Shown: positions 55,906 to 64,000 of the stretch, piece after piece | Numbering within the stretch: the first letter of the stretch is position 1 | Layout of the letters: each line of letters begins with the position of its first letter | Assembly: GCA_028023455.1 (NCBI GenBank) | Contig: JAQFVV010000003.1 | Span: forward strand, 8,494,001-8,558,000 | Length of the DNA stretch: 64,000 bases | Direction of reading: 5' to 3' | DNA from: Epiperipatus broadwayi | Lineage: Eukaryota > Animalia > Onychophora | Program-made: the position numbers and the translations under genes | The notes under the pieces: generated by a model | Database searches by the model: none | Told to the model about the DNA's origin: nothing | The model's input: only the letters and a program-made list of their open reading frames with translations

Positions 55906-56334
55906 CAATAAACATCACATGATCACTGTTTCTAATGCTTGCTCATAACTGTTATTAAAACAGGCAAAACTCTCTCTACATATTGCCACTAAGGGCAAGC
56001 CAGAGTAATCAATGGATGTCAGAAGACCTGTATGCCTATGTAAGTTACTGAGTTTGAGTTGAAAATATTATGGTGTTTTCAATTTAAGACTCATAGTTTT
56101 GTAGTTAAGTAGAGATAAATGGTGGCTGCTGGAGGGTTTCATCAGATCCTAAGATCTTAAGTACAGTGTTCTCAGATCTGAGGCTCCTCACTGACGAAGG
56201 CCATAAGCCAGCAACTAGTATGGGATATTGGATGAGTAGGCACTAGATGGGAATTTTATGCACAAACCTTCTGGCATCCATTGATTACTCTGTTTTGCAC
56301 TGAGAGGCAATGCATATAGAGATTTTTGCCTGTT
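55906..56334. mobile_element. Family H2 fold-back element with 13-bp TSD, inserted in the RTE endonuclease region
   Basis: ttattgctataat is duplicated at 55893-55905 and 56335-56347. Inverted arms lie at about 55950-56025 and 56265-56334. Confidence 0.85.
56185..56225 (+). ncRNA. Degenerate H2 hammerhead motif
   Basis: TCCTCA-CTGACGA-AGGC cataa GCCA-GCAA-CTAG-TA-TGGGA; GAAA is mutated to GCAA, so it is probably inactive. Confidence 0.55.
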
Positions 56335-59300
56335 TTATTGCTATAATAATGCTATCCAACAAGGAATAATATATTTCCTTCTCTTAACTCTCTGAATCTA
56401 TAGTTAGTGCAAAGATACTAATAAAATGAGTTCTAATCCCATTATGCAAGTTTTAAGATCATTATTATTCATTGATACAATGAGGAATTTCAATAATTGA
56501 AGAAATTAAATTAGATTTTACAGCAAATCCAAAACCATGCATTATTCTTCGATCTGCCTTTCCAAAAAAAACATTCATCCATCTGTTCTAATAAACTTTC
56601 TTCTTCTAAGAGATGAGTTTCTCTAAGAACAACTATATCAATCTTAAATCTTAACAGTTCTTTAGCCATAAATGCATTTCTTCATTCTGGTCTTGAAGAT
56701 TTTGTATCAATCGCATATTCCTTATACCTATATTAAAAAAAAAAATATTTATATTTGTGATACTTACCTTTAGTACTATCATTGCCATTTACTAGCCCAC
56801 TATTACTGACATTATTCTTACTATTTTTATTATTTCTATTGCTGAAATGAGATGTAATAATCTAGCCAGACTGTATGTGACAGGCCACATTTAGATCATA
56901 TTTTCTAAGTACCTCCATTTCCATGATAGGCAGGGAGATCCTTAAATAAGGCTAAATATACAATCTTTTCCAGCTGAAACTCCTGTCTTACTCAAATCCA
57001 GTTCAAAACTGAGTCACTAGAAACTGTGCTGCCTAAAACAAAAATCATAACTAAGAACTGCCAGCCTACTAAGCATGTCCCTGACAATGCTTTAATTCTT
57101 GAAGGTTTGAGCTAAAAAAAAGGAATATTAGAATCAGAAATGCTATGCATACAGTTAGATGGAAATGTTGCACAAATGCACACTCACAACTATTATAAGA
57201 TGTCCAATTGCCATGACAAGTTCACAACAAATGAATTCTACAATAACTTAAGTGACTGAAAAGGAAAAGAAGGAGACAGAAAAGAATGTTTGTACTGGAA
57301 ATAGTAAATTAGCCTTTGATGAATCAACATCTCATTTTTCAAAATAACAGAAGCTCTTGATCAGACACTTTATTTAATATTCCTGGTTGGCCTTCATATC
57401 TAAAGATCATTCCACTATCCACTATCTGTGAAGCCTGTCAGTAGCCTAAGCACAGCACCTGACTAACTTCCTGTTTATGTTCTTTATTATTTTATTTAAT
57501 AATTTATTTCTAGAACACAATCATATTGCTCTATTTATTTTATTATTAGTAATTATATCTAGACCCCAATTATTTAATAAACCATAAAAAGTATTTTCCC
57601 TAAAAATACTTGTTTCAATACAGTGGAGCCACAAAGTATGCTAAATTTTGTCCCAAATCCCCTCACATATACATGTATATAACATATAATAGCTCATATT
57701 TTATTATGAAACCTTGATTATAATATATGTATTGGATACCAATCTAATCAGCTATCTACATGACTACTTTAATTTTTTATTAACTCTTTAAACACCACTT
57801 TGATGTCATGAAAGTATACTGGGATAATAAATCAATCATTTGAAAATTTCTTTACAGTAAAGGTAATTTAACATAGTCATAATACAACTTAATTCACATA
57901 AATTCAGTGTGTAATCTAAAACTTAATATTAGTTTTCATTGACATAATTTTTTTTAAAAAATTTTAGGAGTATTTGTTTTTTTTTTTTTCAATTTCTAAA
58001 AAAGGTCAGTTCTAAGTTTTCAAGATTTCTTAGGATTTCTTATTATAATATACCCAATATTGATTTACAAAATGGTTTGATTTAGAATTTCAAACAATTT
58101 CTTTTGATTTGTAATTGAAATATTTGTTTTGGAATTTTTATTGTTTTATCTTAAAAAATTTATAAACTTTTTCTTTCTTATTGGCTTTTAAAGAGTGAGG
58201 AGTGAATTGTATCCATAGTATTACCTAATTCCAACAATTTCTTTTGATTTGTAATTGACAGATTTTTTTTTTGAAAGTTTTTATGATTTTGTCTTTAAAA
58301 TTTTTTTAAATTTCTTCTTTCTTATTGGCTTTTTAGAAATTGAGGGAAGAGAAAGAGGGATGAATTGCTTTGTGGATTTTGATGCAGCTATATTCAATAC
58401 AAATCCAATCAAACACTCTAAACAAAAATGTCTGACTTGGAAACAACAACAAATTAACCAAAAAAAAAAAAAAGCTTAAAATAAATTTTTTTTTATTGAT
58501 TTGAATTTTATTTTTTTTTAATTAAAAAATAATACAATAATTTAAATGAAAACCTTTTCAAATAAAAGCATTTTAAATCAACACAAAGTTTATTTTCAAA
58601 CTAATTTCTAACAAATTAAAAAATAAAAATATTTCTTGTAATGTGCAACAGGGCAGAAAAATTTTTTTTTGTCCAACTTATTTAAATTCACATTGAATTT
58701 ATAAAAAAAAAAAAAGTTTTCCAAAAAAAAAATGCCAATAAAAATATTGAGATCCTTCCACACATATACTTTTGAAAAGAAAAAAGAAATTTCTTAAAAA
58801 AAAAAAATCCAAATTTTCAAACATTTTTTTTTCAATTATAAATGAGAAAATGGTTATTTGAAAAGTATCTACATTTTGTAAATCAATAAAAAGGCATATT
58901 TTTTGTTTCCTCCCATAATCTCCCACTCCTCCACTACCAGCTTCTTTAAACCCAATAAGAAATTGAAAAGAGAAATAAAAATTCACTACAAAACCAAAGA
59001 ACTGACAATGAAAACTAATACTACGAGACTTTAGTTTAAACACTGAATTTATAAATTTAGTTGTAGTAGTATTACCACTAAGATAAATTGCCATTTTTCA
59101 AAAAAATCTACAATTTCTCGATTAGTCATTGTTTAAAGACACAATTAAAGAGAAAATTAAGTGTAGATAGCCAACCAGATTGATATCTAAGTATTGTTTA
59201 TTGTACTATAAGTATATGGTATTTTTCAAAACTATATATACATATATAGTACATATTTTAGTATGCACATATAAACTAAGATTATAATATAAACAAAAAA

Positions 59301-59449
59301 GACATATACATATAAACTTACAAATCTGTGCATGTGTTCAATTGTTCACAATTCTATTTCATCACAATTAAATATTGTTCTGGATATATTTTTCCCTTCA
59401 ATATTTTTTTTTAATTTTAATGAAAATGTAATAACATCTTCATTATTGG

Positions 59450-60330
59450 CAGATGCAGCTTTACTAGTTATATTAATATTTTTACGAATGTAACATTTTT
59501 AGATTTTATACAAGTATCCCCTATTGCAATTAATAACTTGGAATTGTGTTCCAGATTCTCAGTAAGGCTATATGACATAATATAAGACCTTTCAATGGTA
59601 AAGTTCTTGCAATTCATGCCATTTAACCATAGATTTTAAGACTGTCTGATTTAACCAAAAAATTATTCTTTACTTATAATTTTAGTTGTTTCAGGGACAC
59701 AAACAAAAATGGCATGAATCTGCTTCTTTTTATTATTTTTCTGATCGATGATTCGTTATTTTGAAACATATAGGACAATTTCAGAATATGATTTATTACT
59801 TTTCCTTATTAAATCAATATTTTTTTTTCTCATTTGATGAAAATACTTTACAATTTTTTTTTTCAATTTATTGCTCATTGTATTTCAATACACTTTATTA
59901 AAAATATGTTAATATGTATTGTATATAAAACTTTTTTTAAAAAAACACACAAAAAAACTTGTGACATGTATTTAGAAAACATAATTTTAAAATCTGCATT
60001 TGAGAAAGTTATATTTAGCAAAAAAAAAAAGACTGCTGCTATACTGGATTTCATAACATTAATCCATTTTTTTTCTCTTATCCTTCACAAATATTTTCAA
60101 TATATCCTTTATAATTTTTATGATTCTAAGTTTATATCCAATTTGATTTGTCTTTTAATTCATAATTTCTTCAATAATCTAGTTTCTTTTTTTTAAACAT
60201 TTCAACCTTGCTAAATCTATCCTTCCAAATGAGAGTATTTGAATAATAAAATTAAAAATAAAACCTGGAAAATGTAACCTGAAGATACATATGGACCTGA
60301 TTTTGAGAATGATTATCATGTACTGAATAC
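59450..60330 (-). mobile_element. Very decayed LINE RT remnant, possibly L1/Tx1-like
   Basis: Weak minus-strand remnants resembling KSPG.DG and NG..S..F.I.RG motifs. Confidence 0.3.
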
Positions 60331-61374
60331 ATATAAAATTAAACATTAAAAAACTAGAAATAATGTAAATTAAAACTATGTACCCTCTCATCTTTAAAAT
60401 TTTTAACCAAATTTCTGATTAATTAAATAGCAAAACAAAAAGATCAAAACGTAATGAAGTAAAAAAAAAATTTCCACTGAATGAAGTAAAGGATTATTAT
60501 TAAAATAATGGTTAAAATGCAAAAGTATTAATTTATATTGAAATGCAAGAATTTATACATTTTCATCATAGTCGCTTTAAGAAATCATTACTCACTAAAA
60601 GTTTTAAGTATTAACAATAATAATATTCCCATTTTTGAGAATAACTTTATGGATTTACATATCCTATGCACTTACAATTTTGAAGGCTTTTCTTCCATAA
60701 AAAAAAAAGGATTGAAAATATTTCATATGATTTTTTAATATTAAAAAAAAATACTACACACTTTAAATTATTAATGTTAAAAGTTTATGTTTCTTAAGTT
60801 ACTACATAGTATTATTTAATAAATAAATTTTTATGGAGTTAAACTATCCAATTTAAGCAATAAAAAAACATTCTAATGGTGGAATGGTCCTGAGAAGAAA
60901 ATTATACAAAGTTACACCTGCATGAACATTTACGAATATTGATCGGGAACTGAAAACATTAATTTTTGATATCATATAAAATACAAAAAAAGGAAGGGTC
61001 CCATAAATGACAGATGACATTATCGAATGGATGGAGTTAATTTTGCATTCATTTGAAGTCTTTTGGTACAAGATAGATGAAAGTGGAAAGAGATATTAAA
61101 AGAATATTATTCTATGCTCATGGATTTTGATGATGATGAAAACGAAAATTACAAAAAATATCACAGAAAAACTTTTTATTAAAAAAAATGAAGATTTGAA
61201 TCATTAAATATGTCTTTATAAAGAAATCCTAATATACTTCACAACATTATAATACTTCTCTTTAGAAAATATATATAATTTATTTCGATTGTTCTAGAAA
61301 TTTGCAACAAGTGTTATTTAACAATTTATTAATACTTATAAGATTTAATATAATTAAAATTTAACAAATGCTGG

Positions 61375-61900
61375 GCACGATTAAGTGAAATAACATATAT
61401 TTATAAAGAAAAACGAGCCATAGAAATAATCTAAAGCAGGAGCAATGTTAAAGAATTACATAATAATAAAAATTTTGAAAAATTTGACAATTAAAAATAT
61501 TATCATTAAAATAATAATAATTGCAAAGTTAAAAAAATATATTTAATTGAAGTTAATAAAGAAATGAAAACAATTATGTAAGAATCGCCGCAAAACGTTA
61601 ACTCAATTCTAAAAGTAAAATATCATAAAATAGGAACAATTTGACTAATATTATTATTAAGATGCACTATATGCATAAGTATGTATTTTAGTTATAATTT
61701 TTAAAGTTGTCAAATATATATATTTCTATAGAATAATTTTAAAATACGCCGAAAAACTTACCTCACGACCTCCACACCATTTTCGTCGGCCATTTTTTAT
61801 GTTTACAAATGATTTACGTGATTTTAGCGTTAAAAATACCCGGATGTTAATTTGTTCCGTTGTTGTATTTTATACATTGAAAACATTTAATATTCTTACC
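61375..61900 (-). promoter_or_regulatory. CpG-enriched putative promoter / 5' region of the Rubicon-like gene
   Basis: Dense CpGs (tacgccg, cacgacc, ttcgtcggcc, ttacgtg, cccgg, atcgccgc) around the start codon, in a window where CpG is otherwise scarce. Confidence 0.5.
61762..61793 (-). CDS. RUBCN: Rubicon-like gene, probable first coding exon (MADENGVEVV-R, ends in phase 2)
   Basis: Minus strand reads aaaaATGGCCGACGAAAATGGTGTGGAGGTCGTGAG|GTAAGT: A-rich start context, consensus donor, local CpG cluster. The phase-2 end (AG) joins the first base (A) of exon 18496-18649 to give AGA=Arg with no frameshift. Linkage across 43 kb is inferred from phase and position. Confidence 0.8.
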
Positions 61901-62224
61901 TGTATGTTTTTTCTCATATTATTTTTCATAAATTTTAATTAATAAAGTAAAAAAATTAAACTATTATTATAATAATGCAGGTTTTAATATGTGCATTACT
62001 GTTACTGATGAAAATCAGATAAAATTTTATAATCTATATTAAAAATAATTCGCTATGATGGTACTATTTAATTTTATATGTAGAGAATAATATTAATGAT
62101 AGATAGACGAACTAGGAATTATGTTAAGTAAATTTGGAAAATAATATAATGTATGTATATTTAACATTTATGATAAAAATGAAATATAATTGATATTTGA
62201 ATAATACTGTTTTTAAAATTACTT

Positions 62225-62370
62225 TGATTATATATGCACATATTTTGAGTGATATTCTCTCTTCTTCAGACATTTCTGACCTGACCAGTGACAGTACTAG
62301 AATAGGAATCGAACCTGGACCTTTATATTTTTGAATATTGAATTTTAATGTAACGCTCTAACCATAGTGT
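62225..62370 (-). mobile_element. tRNA-headed SINE-like element ending in a hammerhead-like motif (candidate family H4)
   Basis: Minus strand: box A TGGTTAGAGCG (62364-62354), box B GGTTCGATTCC (62315-62305), then CTGAAGA-A-GAG agaatatca CTC-aaaa-TATGTGCATA-TA. No stem-I pairing is evident. Confidence 0.55.
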
Positions 62371-64000
62371 TTATTAAACAACAGGCGATTGTTTTATTAG
62401 TGTTTTTTTTTTTTAAATATCTGTATCTGATGGTTGAGTATAAAAAAATATTATTACTCCAGAGATTTATCACAAAAGTTATGAATTTAATTCACCAATG
62501 ATTATGATCTTAGTTCCTGCATGGGTTAATGCAGTGATAGAATACTGGGGCTCAAGATCCATAGATTTCAGTCCTTGATTCTAGACCCTGTGATGATAGA
62601 GTGGTGGACTGGAGCTCAGATCAATGGGCTGTGAACTGTGATTTGATACATTGGCATATTGGAGCTCAGACCATGGGTCTTTATTTCTGGTATTCAAATT
62701 TATTATGAATTCCTGAGCAATAAACTATTCAATTATACATTTATTTATGATCCCAGGAGCAATATTTTTTGAATCCGATCTACAAATAATTCTCTCTCTA
62801 AGGGTTCTTTAATTGAGTACATGGAACCCAAGGAAATTAATTCAATAGAAAAAAGAAATCAGCAAAGAAGACTTATATGCCAATTTTTTTGGAATCACAC
62901 TAAAGATTCCAAAAGCAGTTTAGAGCATGTTTCAAGTCATCCAGATATTTTTGTAAACTAATATTGTTCTAGAAATAGTAATATATAAATAATCTTTATT
63001 TATACATTTGTTTTTTAATTTCTAACATCCAATTATTTGCAAGTTATAATTAATAAGCTCTTTAATTAAATGTTTACTTATATTAACAAAGTTAGATTCA
63101 TTTAATTTAATTTCAACACATAGCAGCATTTTTAAAGATACACAAACAATGTTTTTTTTTTTTTTTTTAAAAAAAAAGAAATCTAAATTCATTTATATTT
63201 ATGCTAAGTGAGGATAACAAAGCTAGCAAAAATATTTGATCATCATTGATAGTTTGGAAATGTTTATCTACATTTTAATTCAAAATTGCATCTCAATAAA
63301 ATTAAATCATAAACTAAATATAATAATATTTACAATTTTGAAAGGTGTAAATTTTACACTAGCTTTTTAAAATATATATATATATTTGTGTCTATGTTGA
63401 TACAGTGACAATTAAATGTCACAATTTTGATTTTTTTAATCAATTATTACAGAAGATTAATAGATTACAGTTAATTTGCCATCTATAAAAACCATGCTCT
63501 ATTAATATTAATGTGTTTGTCAGAAGTAGCAGTCATTCCCAAATGAATGTGGACATTTCAATTCTGAGAAAAAAATGAGATAGACAAAAATAAATAATAC
63601 ACTAGAAATGAATTTTAATAGTTACTATAGAAACTAATAGGTGATCTAGAAATAGGTCCACATATAGAACATATTGAATACATCATTCTGTTATTTAATA
63701 TTTTACAATACTGTCATTGAATTTCTACAGCAAACTTTTTTTTCTGTAGCTCCTCATTATATTCCATCCTCAATTATATCTTCCCAATGAAAGCATTTGG
63801 TATTATATGTCTTCAGATTATCTCTGTGATTTTTATTAGAATAATATTCTTATATAATGGGAAACATCTTAGTGAAGTTATTAGATTATGAGTTCCTTAT
63901 ATTATTTTTTCCACATAAGTATCTCTAAAAATAATAAATCAATACCTATTAATTCCTTTTTTATTATTTATTTTAGAGCTAGTAAGAATTGTAATCACAT

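Larger units (their letters stand above)
49845..56735 (-). mobile_element. RTE (BovB-like) LINE, decayed, split by a Mag-like element and an H2 element
   Basis: EN: AKELLRFKIDIVVLRETHL (about 56600), WMHPC..HLINYIIVR..DHRLVRSK (55500-55870). RT: VIPSVLKVAVIVPFFK, LHYTDD, FKYLDGFIS, LYGCEIWIPY..ALEKFHLS (49900-51980). Confidence 0.88.

Noticed and set aside
875-61071. Most ORFs in the supplied six-frame track as stand-alone genes
   Set aside because: They are short, F/I/L/Y/K/N-rich products of AT-rich low-complexity DNA, or broken TE fragments; none has host-gene splice or domain support.
60860-61150. DNA transposase remnant on the plus strand
   Set aside because: Coding-like composition, but no diagnostic motif or TIR could be identified.

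Overview
Very AT-rich, CpG-poor eukaryotic DNA, inferred to be from an invertebrate animal; the organism cannot be identified from sequence alone. One host gene is present and the ORF track misses it: the 5' part of a Rubicon (RUBCN) ortholog on the minus strand. Three short, phase-compatible GT-AG exons (61762-61793, 18496-18649, 7323-7539) encode the N-terminal RUN domain and are separated by introns of about 43 kb and 11 kb. The introns hold decayed, nested retroelements: a long-LTR Osvaldo/Ulysses-like Ty3/gypsy element (tRNA-Lys PBS, ATAT TSD), three Mag-like LTR elements with no recognisable RT/RNase H, two RTE LINEs and several LINE scraps. The most notable signal is at least three (probably four) unrelated families of short non-coding fold-back insertions that each carry a type-I hammerhead ribozyme motif. 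In H1, H2 and the H4 candidate stem III is short and palindromic; in H3 it is a hairpin. They share a head-to-head inverted architecture, four copies have 12-14 bp target-site duplications, and two copies end at or within 2-3 nt of the predicted cleavage site. This suggests non-autonomous Penelope-like or retrozyme-like elements. Three of the motifs lie sense to the RUBCN pre-mRNA, on either side of exon 2. All motif calls were made by eye and need covariance-model and experimental confirmation.
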